Below, piece by piece: positions 27,305-39,237 of a stretch of DNA of 64,000 nucleotides. The DNA comes from the human T2T-CHM13v2.0 reference genome, Homo sapiens: NCBI RefSeq assembly GCF_009914755.1, contig NC_060943.1. One strand, written 5' to 3'. Each line of letters begins with the position of its first letter. Position 1 is the first letter of the stretch. Under the pieces are notes generated by a model. That model worked only from the letters and a program-made list of their open reading frames with translations, was not told the origin of the DNA and ran no database searches. A program made the position numbers and the translations under genes.

Positions 27305-28481
27305 TATCTTCACATTCAAACTAGTCAGAAGCATTCTCAGAAACTGGTTTGTGATGTGTGCATTCTACTCACAGAGTTGAACCTTCCTTTTGAGAGAGCA
27401 GTTTTGAAACAATCTTTTTGTATTCTCTACAAGTGGATACTTGGAGCAATGGGAGGACTAAGATTGAAAAGGAAATATCTTCACGGCCAAACTTGACAGA
27501 AGCTTTCTCAGAATCTGCTTTGTGATGTGTGCATTTACCTCACAGAGTGGAACCGTCCTTTTGATAGAGCAGTTCTGAAACAGTCTTTTTGTAGGATCTG
27601 CGAGTGTTCATTTTGGAGCGCTTTTAAGCCTTTGGCGGAAAAGGAAATATCTTCACAAAAAAACTAGACAGAGGCATGCTCAGGAACTTCACTGAGATGT
27701 GTGCATTCAAGTAACTGAGTTGAATCTGCCTTTTGATAGAGCAGAATTGAAACACTCCTTTTGTAGAATCTGCTTGTGGATATTTGGAACTCTTTCAGGA
27801 GTTCGTTGGCAGCTGGTATCTTCACAAAAAAAGGAGACCCAAGGATTCTCAAAAAGTTCCTTGAGATGTGTGCCTTAAACTCACAGACTTCAAACTTTCT
27901 TTTGAGAGATCAGTGTTGGAACACGCTTTTTGTAGAATCTGCAAGTGTTCATTTAGTGCGCTTTGTTGCCTATGGTGGAAAAAGAAATATCTTCAAATGA
28001 AAACTAGACAGAAACATTCTCAGAAACTCCTTTGTGAAGTGTGTGTCAAATTCACAGAATTGAAATATTCCTTTGATAGCGCAGCTTTGAAACACCGCTT
28101 TTATAGGATCTGCTTGTGGATATCTGGAGCTCTTTGAGGAATTTGTTGTAAACGGGATATCTTCACATACAAAGTAGACAGAAGCATTCTCAGAAACTGC
28201 TTTGTGATGTGTGCATTCCAATCACAGACTTCAACCTTTCTTTTGAAAGAGCAGTGTTCAAACACACATTTTGTAGGATGTGCAAGTGTTCACTTGGAGC
28301 GCTTTTTTGCCTATGGTGGAAAAAGAAATATCTTCACATAAATACTAGACAGAAGCATTCTCAGAAACGCCTTAGTGATGTGTTTGTTCTATTCAGAGAG
28401 TTGAACCTTTCTTTTGATAGAGCAGTTTTGATACACTGCTTCTGTAGAATCTGCTTGTGGATATTTGGAGCTCTTTGAGGA

Positions 28482-28498
28482 ATTCGTTGTAAACGGGA
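28482..28498 (+). promoter_or_regulatory. CENP-B box (m7)
   Basis: ATTCGTTGTAAACGGGA. Confidence 0.88.
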
Positions 28499-31400
28499 TA
28501 TCTTCACATACAAACTAGACAGAAGCATTCTCAGAAACTGCTTTGTGGTGTGTGCATTCAACTCACAGAGTTGAACCTTCCTTCTGAGAGAGCAGTTTTT
28601 AAACAGTCTCTTTGAAATATCTGCAAGTGGATATTTGGAGCGATGGGAAGTCTAAGTTTGAAAAGGAAATATCCTCACATACAAACTAGACAGAAGCAAT
28701 CTCATTAACTGCTTTGCGATGTGTGCATTCAGCTCACAGAGTTGAACCTTCCTTTTGAGAGAGCAGTTTTGAAACAGTTTTTTGTAGTATCCTCAAGTGG
28801 ATATATGGAGCGATGTGAGGCTTAAGATGGAAACGGGAATATCTTCACATGCAAACTAGAAAGAAGCATTCTCAGAAACTGCTTTGTGATGGGTGCATTC
28901 AACTCAGAGACTTGAACATTTCTTTAGACGGAGCAGTGTTGAAACACACATATGCAGAATCTGCAAGAGTTCATTTGGAGCGCTTTGATGCCTATGGTGG
29001 AAAAAGAAATATCTTCACATAAAGACTAGAAAGAAGCGTTCTCCGAAACTCCTTTGTGATATATGTGTTCAGTTCACAGAGTTGAACCTTTCTTTTGATT
29101 GAGCAGTTTTGAAACACTGCTTTTCTAGAATCTGCTTTTGGATATTTGAAGCTCTTTGACGAATTCACTGTCAATGTTATATCTTCACATACAAACTAGA
29201 CAGAAGCATTCTCAGAAACTGCTTTTTGATGTGTGCATTCAACACACGGAGTTGAACCTTCCTTCTGAGAACAGTTTTGAAGCAGTCTTTTTGTGGTATC
29301 TGCAAGTCGATATTTGGAACGATTTGGGACCTATGAGGGAAAAGGAACTATCTTCACGTACAAGCTAGACAGAAGCATTCTCAGAAACTGCTTTGTGATG
29401 TGTGCATTCAACACACGGAGTTGAACCTTCCTTCTGAGAGAACGGTTTTCAAACAGTCTTTTTGTAGTATCTGCAAGTCGATATTTGGAACGATTTGAGG
29501 CCTATGAGGGAAAAGGAACTATCTTCACATACAAACTAGACAGAAGCATGCTCAGAAACTGCTGTGTGATGTGTGCATTCAACTCACAGAGTTGAACCTT
29601 CCTTTTGAGAGAGACGTTTTGAAACAGTCTTTTTGTAGTATGTACAGGTGGATATTTTTGGTGATTTGAGGTCTAAGATGGAAAAGGAAATACCTTCACC
29701 TACAAACTAGACAGAAGCATTCTCAGAAACTGCCTTGTGATGTGTGCATTAAACTTACAGACTTGAAACCTTATTTTGATAGAGCAGTGTTGAAACACAC
29801 TTTTTATAGAATCTGCAAGTGTTCATTTGGAGAGCTTTGTTGCCTGTGGTGGAAAAAGAAATGTGTTCACATACAAACTAGAAAGAAGCCTTCTCAGAAA
29901 CTCCTTTGAGATGTTTGTGTCCAATTCACAAAGTTGAACCTTTCTTTTGATAGAGCAGATTTGAAACACTGCTTTTGTAGAATCTGCTTGCATGTATTTG
30001 GAGGTCTTTGAGGAATTGGGCGTATACGGGATATCTTCACATACAAATTACACAGAAGCATTCTCAGAAACTGCTCTGTGATGTGTGCATTCCTCTCACA
30101 GAGTTGAAACTTTCTTTTGAGAAAGCTGTTCTGAAACAGTCTTTTTGTAGTATCTGCAAGTGGATATTTGGAGCGATTTGAGGCCTATGATGGAAAAGGA
30201 AATATGTTCACTTACAAACTAGACAGAAGCATTCTCAGAAACTGCTTTGTGATGTGTGTGTTCAATTCACAGGGTTGACTCTTTCTTTTGATTGAGCAGT
30301 TTTGAACCACCTGTTTTGTAGAATCTGCTTGTGGATATTTGTAGCTCTTGGAGGAATTCTTTGTAAAAGGGATATCTTCACATACACACTAGTCAGAAGC
30401 ATTCTCAGAAACTTCTTTGTGATGTGTGAATTGAACTCACAGAGTTGAACCTTCCTTTTGAGAGAGCCGTTTTGAAACAATCTTTTTGAAGTATCTTCAA
30501 TTGGATGTTTGTAGTGATTTGAGGCCTAAGATGGAAGAGGAAATATCTTCACATACAATCTAGACAGAAGCACTCTCAGAAGCTGCTTGGTGATGTCTGC
30601 ATTCAACTCACAGACTTGAACCCTTGTTTTGAAAGAGCAGTGTTGAAACACACATTTTGTACGATCTGCAAGTGTTCATTTGGAACGCTGTTGTGCCTAT
30701 GGTGGATAAAGAAATATCTTCACATAAATACTAGAAAGTAGCATTCTCAGAAACTGCTTTGTGATGTGTGCATTCAACTCACAGAGTTGAACCTTCCTTT
30801 TGAGAGAGAGGTTTTGAAACAGTCTTTTTGTAGTATCTGCAAGTGGATATTTTTAGTGATTTGAGGTCTAAGATGGAAAAGGAAATACCTTCACCTACAA
30901 ACTAGACAGAAGCATTCTCAGAAACTGCTTTGTGATGTGTGCATTAAACTTACAGACTTGAAACTTTATTTTGATAGAGCAGTGTTGAAACACACTTTTT
31001 ATAGAATCTGCAAGTGTTCATTTGGAGAGCTTTGTTGCCTGTGGTGGAAAAAGGAATATGTTCACCTAGAAACTAGAAAGAAGCCTTCTCAGAAACTCCT
31101 TTGAGATGTTTGTGTCCAATTCACAAAGTTGAACCTTTCTTTTGATAGAGCAGATTTGAAACACTGCTTTTGTAGAATCTGCTTGCGGATATTTGGCGGT
31201 CTTTTAGGAATTGGGCGTATACGGGAGATCTTCACATACAAGTTACACAGAAGCATTCTCAGAAACTGCTTTGTGATGTGTGCATTCAACTCACAGAGTT
31301 GAAACTTTCTTTTGAGAAAGCAGTTTTGAAACAGTCTTTTTGTAGTATCTGCAAGTGGATATTTGGAGCGATTTGAGGCCTATGATGGAAAAGGAAATAT

Positions 31401-32742
31401 GTTCACATACAAACTAGACAGAAGCGTTCTGAGAAACTGCTTTGTGATGTGTGCATTCACCTCACAGAGTGGAACCTTTCTTTGGATAGAGCAGTTTTGA
31501 AACAGTCTTTCTCTAGTATCTGCAAGTGTTCATTTTGAGCGCTTTGAGGCCCATGATGGAAAAGGAAATATTTTCACATAAAAACTAGACAGAAGCTTTC
31601 TCAGGAACTTCATTGAGATGTGTGCATTAAAGTAACTGAGTTGAATACGTCTTTTGATAGAGCAGTATTGAAACACTTCTTTTGTAGAATCTGCCTGTGG
31701 ATATCTGGAACTCTTTGAAGAATTCTTTGGAAACGGCTATCTTCACATAAAAAGTAGACCCAAGCATTCACAGAACGTTCTTTGTGACATGTACATTGGA
31801 CTCCCAGACTTGAAACTTTCTTTTGATAGAGCAGTGTTGGAACACACTTTTTGTAGAATCTTCATGTGTTCGTTTGGAGTGCTCTGTTGCCTATGGTGGA
31901 AAAAGGAATATCTTCACCTAAAAACCAGACAGAAGCATTCTCAGAGACTGCTTTGTGATGTGTGTGTTCAATTCGCAGAGTTGAAAGTTGCTTTGGATAG
32001 AGCAGTTTTGAAACACTGCTTTTGTAGAATCTGCTTGTTGCTATTGGGGGCTCTTTGAGGAATTTGTTGTAAACGGGATATCTTCACATACAAAGTAGGC
32101 AGAAGCATTCTCAGAAACTGCTCTGTGATGTGTGCATTCAACTCACAGAGTTGAACCTTCCTTTTGCGAGAGCTGTTTTGAAGCAGTCTTTTTGTGGTAT
32201 CTGCAATTGGATATTTGGATCGATTTGAGGCCTAAGATGGAAAAGGAAATATCTTCACATACAAACTAGACAGAAGCATTCTCAGACACTGCGTTGTGAT
32301 GTGTGCATTCAACTCACAGAGTTGAACCTTCCTTTTGAGAGCAGTTTTGAAACAGTCTTTTTGAAGTATCTGCAAGTGGATGTTTGGAGAGATTTGAGGC
32401 CTAAGATGGAAAAGGATATATCTTCACCTAAAAACTAGGCAGAAGCATTCTCAGAAACTGCTTTGTGATGTGGGGATTCAACTCACAGGCTTGAAACTTT
32501 CTTTTGATAGAGCAGGGTTGAAACACACTTTTTGTAGAATCTGCAAGTGTTCATTTGGAGTGCTTTCTTGCCCATGGTGGAAAAAGAAATATCTTCACGT
32601 AAAAACTAGACAGAAACATTCTCAGAAAATACTTTGTGATGTGGTTGTTCAATTCACAGGGTTGAACCTTTCTTTAGATAAAGCAGTTTTGAAACACTGC
32701 TTTTGTAGAATCTTCTTGTGGATATTTGGAGCTGTTTGAGGA

Positions 32743-32759
32743 ATTCGTTTTAAACGGGA
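32743..32759 (+). promoter_or_regulatory. CENP-B box (m32)
   Basis: ATTCGTTTTAAACGGGA. Confidence 0.85.
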
Positions 32760-33936
32760 TATCTTCACATTCAAACTAGTCAGAAGCATTCTCAGAAACT
32801 GGTTTGTGATGTGTGCATTCTACTCACAGAGTTGAACCTTCCTTTTGAGAGAGCAGTTTTGAAACAATCTTTTTGTATTCTCTACAAGTGGATACTTGGA
32901 GCAATGGGAGGACTAAGATTGAAAAGGAAATATCTTCACGGCCAAACTTGACAGAAGCTTTCTCAGAATCTGCTTTGTGATGTGTGCATTTACCTCACAG
33001 AGTGGAACCGTCCTTTTGATAGAGCAGTTCTGAAACAGTCTTTTTGTAGGATCTGCGAGTGTTCATTTTGGAGCGCTTTTAAGCCTTTGGCGGAAAAGGA
33101 AATATCTTCACAAAAAAACTAGACAGAGGCATGCTCAGGAACTTCACTGAGATGTGTGCATTCAAGTAACTGAGTTGAATCTGCCTTTTGATAGAGCAGA
33201 ATTGAAACACTCCTTTTGTAGAATCTGCTTGTGGATATTTGGAACTCTTTCAGGAGTTCGTTGGCAGCTGGTATCTTCACAAATAAAGGAGACCCAAGGA
33301 TTCTCAAAAAGTTCCTTGAGATGTCTGCCTTAAACTCACAGACTTCAAACTTTCTTTTGAGAGACCAGTGTTGGAACACGCTTTTTGTAGAATCTGCAAG
33401 TGTTCATTTAGTGCGCTTTGTTGCCTATGGTGGAAAAAGAAATATCTTCAAATGAAAACTAGACAGAAACATTCTCAGAAACTCCTTTGTGAAGTGTGTG
33501 TCAAATTCACAGAATTGAAATATTCCTTTGATAGCGCAGCTTTGAAACACCGCTTTTATAGGATCTGCTTGTGGATATCTGGAGCTCTTTGAGGAATTTG
33601 TTGTAAACGGGATATCTTCACATACAAAGTAGACAGAAGCATTCTCAGAAACTGCTTTGTGATGTGTGCATTCCAATCACAGACTTCAACCTTTCTTTTG
33701 AAAGAGCAGTGTTCAAACACACATTTTGTAGGATGTGCAAGTGTTCACTTGGAGCGCTTTTTTGCCTATGGTGGAAAAAGAAATATCTTCACATAAATAC
33801 TAGACAGAAGCATTCTCAGAAACGCCTTAGTGATGTGTTTGTTCTATTCAGAGAGTTGAACCTTTCTTTTGATAGAGCAGTTTTGATACACTGCTTCTGT
33901 AGAATCTGCTTGTGGATATTTGGAGCTCTTTGAGGA

Positions 33937-33953
33937 ATTCGTTGTAAACGGGA
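33937..33953 (+). promoter_or_regulatory. CENP-B box (m7)
   Basis: ATTCGTTGTAAACGGGA. Confidence 0.88.
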
Positions 33954-34830
33954 TATCTTCACATACAAACTAGACAGAAGCATTCTCAGAAACTGCTTTG
34001 TGGTGTGTGCATTCAACTCACAGAGTTGAACCTTCCTTCTGAGAGAGCAGTTTTTAAACAGTCTCTTTGAAATATCTGCAAGTGGATATTTGGAGCGATG
34101 GGAAGTCTAAGTTTGAAAAGGAAATATCCTCACATACAAACTAGACAGAAGCAATCTCATTAACTGCTTTGCGATGTGTGCATTCAGCTCACAGAGTTGA
34201 ACCTTCCTTTTGAGAGAGCAGTTTTGAAACAGTTTTTTGTAGTATCCTCAAGTGGATATATGGAGCGATGTGAGGCTTAAGATGGAAACGGGAATATCTT
34301 CACATGCAAACTAGAAAGAAGCATTCTCAGAAACTGCTTTGTGATGGGTGCATTCAACTCAGAGACTTGAACATTTCTTTAGACGGAGCAGTGTTGAAAC
34401 ACACATATGCAGAATCTGCAAGAGTTCATTTGGAGCGCTTTGATGCCTATGGTGGAAAAAGAAATATCTTCACATAAAGACTAGAAAGAAGCGTTCTCCG
34501 AAACTCCTTTGTGATATATGTGTTCAGTTCACAGAGTTGAACCTTTCTTTTGATTGAGCAGTTTTGAAACACTGCTTTTCTAGAATCTGCTTTTGGATAT
34601 TTGAAGCTCTTTGACGAATTCGCTGTCAATGTTATATCTTCACATACAAACTAGACAGAAGCATTCTCAGAAACTGCTTTTTGATGTGTGCATTCAACAC
34701 ACGGAGTTGAACCTTCCTTCTGAGAACAGTTTTGAAGCAGTCTTTTTGTGGTATCTGGAAGTCGATATTTGGAACGATTTGGGACCTATGAGGGAAAAGG
34801 AACTATCTTCACATACAAGCTAGACAGAAG

Positions 34831-35001
34831 CATACTCAGAAACTGCTTTGTGATGTGTGCATTCAACTCACAGAGTTGAGCCTTCCTTTTGAGAGAGAGG
34901 TTTTGAAACAGTCTTTTTGTAGTATATACAAGTGGATATTTTTAGTGATTTGAGGTCTAATATGGAAAAGGAAATACCTTCACCTACAAACTAGACAGAA
35001 G
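34831..35001 (+). repeat. Variant A-type monomer X (absent from the 32-mer; paralogue of m14/m21)
   Basis: Diagnostic motifs CATACTCAG, GTTGAGCCTTCC, GTAGTATATACAAG and GGTCTAATATGG were not seen in any 32-mer. Confidence 0.92.
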
Positions 35002-38000
35002 CATTCTCAGAAACTGCTTTGTGATGTGTGCATTAAACTTACAGACTTGAAACCTTATTTTGATAGAGCAGTGTTGAAACACACTTTTTATAGAATCTGC
35101 AAGTGTTCATTTGGAGAGCTTTGTTGCCTGTGGTGGAAAAAGAAATGTGTTCACATACAAACTAGAAAGAAGCCTTCTCAGAAACTCCTTTGAGATGTTT
35201 GTGTCCAATTCACAAAGTTGAACCTTTCTTTTGATAGAGCAGATTTGAAACACTGCTTTTGTAGAATCTGCTTGCGTGTATTTGGAGGTCTTTGAGGAAT
35301 TGGGCGTATACGGGATATCTTCACATACAAATTACACAGAAGCATTCTCAGAAACTGCTCTGTGATGTGTGCATTCAACTAACAGAGTTGAAACTTTCTT
35401 TGGAGAAAGCAGTTCTGAAACAGTCTTTTTGTAGTATCTGCAAGTGGATACTTGGAGCGATTTGAGGCCTATGATGGAAAAGGAAATATGTTCACTTACA
35501 AACTAGACAGAAGCATTCTCAGAAACTGCTTTGTGATGTGTGTGTTCAATTCACAGGGTTGACTCTTTCTTTTGATTGAGCAGTTTTGAACCACCTGTTT
35601 TGTAGAATCTGCTTGTGGATATTTGTAGCTCTTGGAGGAATTCTTTGTAAAAGGGATATCTTCACATACACACTAGTCAGAAGCATTCTCAGAAACTTCT
35701 TTGTGATGTGTGAATTGAACTCACAGAGTTGAACCTTCCTTTTGAGAGAGCCGTTTTGAAACAATCTTTTTGAAGTATCTTCAATTGGATGTTTGTAGTG
35801 ATTTGAGGCCTAAGATGGAATAGGAAATATCTTCACATACAATCTAGACAGAAGCACTCTCAGAAGCTGCTTGGTGATGTCTGCATTCAACTCACAGACT
35901 TGAACCCTTGTTTTGAAAGAGCAGTGTTGAAACACACATTTTGTACGATCTGCAAGTGTTCATTTGGAACGCTGTTGTGCCTATGGTGGATAAAGAAATA
36001 TCTTCACATAAATACTAGAAAGTAGCATTCTCAGAAACTGCTTTGTGATGTGTGCATTCAACTCACAGAGTTGCACCTTCCTTTTGAGAGAGAGGTTTTG
36101 AAACAGTCTTTTTGTAGTATCTGCAAGTGGATATTTTTAGTGATTTGAGGTCTAAGATGGAAAAGGAAATACCTTCACCTACAAACTAGACAGAAGCATT
36201 CTCAGAAACTGCTTTGTGATGTGTGCATTAAACTTACAGACTTGAAACTTTATTTTGATAGAGCAGTGTTGAAACACACTTTTTATAGAATCTGCAAGTG
36301 TTCATTTGGAGAGCTTTGTTGCCTGTGGTGGAAAAAGGAATATGTTCACCTAGAAACTAGAAAGAAGCCTTCTCAGAAACTCCTTTGAGATGTTTGTGTC
36401 CAATTCACAAAGTTGAACCTTTCTTTTGATAGAGCAGATTTGAAACACTGCTTTTGTAGAATCTGCTTGCGGATATTTGGCGGTCTTTTAGGAATTGGGC
36501 GTATACGGGAGATCTTCACATACAAGTTACACAGAAGCATTCTCAGAAACTGCTTTGTGATGTGTGCATTCAACTCACAGAGTTGAAACTTTCTTTTGAG
36601 AAAGCAGTTTTGAAACAGTCTTTTTGTAGTATCTGCAAGTGGATATTTGGAGCGATTTGAGGCCTATGATGGAAAAGGAAATATGTTCACATACAAACTA
36701 GACAGAAGCGTTCTGAGAAACTGCTTTGTGATGTGTGCATTCACCTCACAGAGTGGAACCTTTCTTTGGATAGAGCAGTTTTGAAACAGTCTTTCTCTAG
36801 TATCTGCAAGTGTTCATTTTGAGCGCTTTGAGGCCCATGATGGAAAAGGAAATATTTTCACATAAAAACTAGACAGAAGCTTTCTCAGGAACTTCATTGA
36901 GATGTGTGCATTAAAGTAACTGAGTTGAATACGTCTTTTGATAGAGCAGTATTGAAACACTTCTTTTGTAGAATCTGCCTGTGGATATCTGGAACTCTTT
37001 GAAGAATTCTTTGGAAACGGCTATCTTCACATAAAAAGTAGACCCAAGCATTCACAGAACGTTCTTTGTGACATGTACATTGGACTCCCAGACTTGAAAC
37101 TTTCTTTTGATAGAGCAGTGTTGGAACACACTTTTTGTAGAATCTTCATGTGTTCGTTTGGAGTGCTCTGTTGCCTATGGTGGAAAAAGGAATATCTTCA
37201 CCTAAAAACCAGACAGAAGCATTCTCAGAGACTGCTTTGTGATGTGTGTGTTCAATTCGCAGAGTTGAAAGTTGCTTTTGATAGAGCAGTTTTGAAACAC
37301 TGCTTTTGTAGAATCTGCTTGTTGCTATTGGGGGCTCTTTGAGGAATTTGTTGTAAACGGGATATCTTCACATACAAAGTAGGCAGAAGCATTCTCAGAA
37401 ACTGCTCTGTGATGTGTGCATTCAACTCACAGAGTTGAACCTTCCTTTTGCGAGAGCTGTTTTGAAGCAGTCTTTTTGTGGTATCTGCAATTGGATATTT
37501 GGATCGATTTGAGGCCTAAGATGGAAAAGGAAATATCTTCACATACAAACTAGACAGAAGCATTCTCAGACACTGCGTTGTGATGTGTGCATTCAACTCA
37601 CAGAGTTGAACCTTCCTTTTGAGAGCAGTTTTGAAACAGTCTTTTTGAAGTATCTGCAAGTGGATGTTTGGAGAGATTTGAGGCCCAAGATGGAAAAGGA
37701 TATATCTTCACCTAAAAACTAGGCAGAAGCATTCTCAGAAACTGCTTTGTGATGTGGGGATTCAACTCACAGGCTTGAAACTTTCTTTTGATAGAGCAGG
37801 GTTCAAACACACTTTTTGTAGAATCTGCAAGTGTTCATTTGGAGTGCTTTCTTGCCCATGGTGGAAAAAGAAATATCTTCACGTAAAAACTAGACAGAAA
37901 CATTCTCAGAAAATACTTTGTGATGTGGTTGTTCAATTCACAGGGTTGAACCTTTCTTTAGATAAAGCAGTTTTGAAACACTGCTTTTGTAGAATCTTCT

Positions 38001-38026
38001 TGTGGATATTTGGAGCTGTTTGAGGA

Positions 38027-38043
38027 ATTCGTTTTAAACGGGA
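38027..38043 (+). promoter_or_regulatory. CENP-B box (m32)
   Basis: ATTCGTTTTAAACGGGA. Confidence 0.85.
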
Positions 38044-39220
38044 TATCTTCACATTCAAACTAGTCAGAAGCATTCTCAGAAACTGGTTTGTGATGTGTGC
38101 ATTCTACTCACAGAGTTGAACCTTCCTTTTGAGAGAGCAGTTTTGAAACAATCTTTTTGTATTCTCTACAAGTGGATACTTGGAGCAATGGGAGGACTAA
38201 GATTGAAAAGGAAATATCTTCACGGCCAAACTTGACAGAAGCTTTCTCAGAATCTGCTTTGTGATGTGTGCATTTACCTCACAGAGTGGAACCGTCCTTT
38301 TGATAGAGCAGTTCTGAAACAGTCTTTTTGTAGGATCTGCGAGTGTTCATTTTGGAGCGCTTTTAAGCCTTTGGCGGAAAAGGAAATATCTTCACAAAAA
38401 AACTAGACAGAGGCATGCTCAGGAACTTCACTGAGATGTGTGCATTCAAGTAACTGAGTTGAATCTGCCTTTTGATAGAGCAGAATTGAAACACTCCTTT
38501 TGTAGAATCTGCTTGTGGATATTTGGAACTCTTTCAGGAGTTCGTTGGCAGCTGGTATCTTCACAAAAAAAGGAGACCCAAGGATTCTCAAAAAGTTCCT
38601 TGAGATGTGTGCCTTAAACTCACAGACTTCAAACTTTCTTTTGAGAGATCAGTGTTGGAACACGCTTTTTGTAGAATCTGCAAGTGTTCATTTAGTGCGC
38701 TTTGTTGCCTATGGTGGAAAAAGAAATATCTTCAAATGAAAACTAGACAGAAACATTCTCAGAAACTCCTTTGTGAAGTGTGTGTCAAATTCACAGAATT
38801 GAAATATTCCTTTGATAGCGCAGCTTTGAAACACCGCTTTTATAGGATCTGCTTGTGGATATCTGGAGCTCTTTGAGGAATTTGTTGTAAACGGGATATC
38901 TTCACATACAAAGTAGACAGAAGCATTCTCAGAAACTGCTTTGTGATGTGTGCATTCCAATCACAGACTTCAACCTTTCTTTTGAAAGAGCAGTGTTCAA
39001 ACACACATTTTGTAGGATGTGCAAGTGTTCACTTGGAGCGCTTTTTTGCCTATGGTGGAAAAAGAAATATCTTCACATAAATACTAGACAGAAGCATTCT
39101 CAGAAACGCCTTAGTGATGTGTTTGTTCTATTCAGAGAGTTGAACCTTTCTTTTGATAGAGCAGTTTTGATACACTGCTTCTGTAGAATCTGCTTGTGGA
39201 TATTTGGAGCTCTTTGAGGA

Positions 39221-39237
39221 ATTCGTTGTAAACGGGA
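39221..39237 (+). promoter_or_regulatory. CENP-B box (m7)
   Basis: ATTCGTTGTAAACGGGA. Confidence 0.88.

Larger units (their letters stand above)
21877..27331 (+). repeat. HOR copy 5, 32-mer (5455 bp)
   Basis: ORF track and sequence recur at +5455. Confidence 0.97.
27332..32786 (+). repeat. HOR copy 6, 32-mer (5455 bp)
   Basis: ORF track and sequence recur at +5455. Confidence 0.97.
32787..38070 (+). repeat. HOR copy 7, variant 31-mer (5284 bp): m12-X-m15, lacks m13 and m14
   Basis: Period drops by 171 (ORF 33119 to 38403). After m12 comes monomer X (34831-35001), then m15 directly. Confidence 0.95.

Noticed and set aside
33119-33379. Extended 86-aa minus-strand ORF unique to copy 7
   Set aside because: It results from the private substitutions in this copy removing a stop codon; there is no evidence of coding function.
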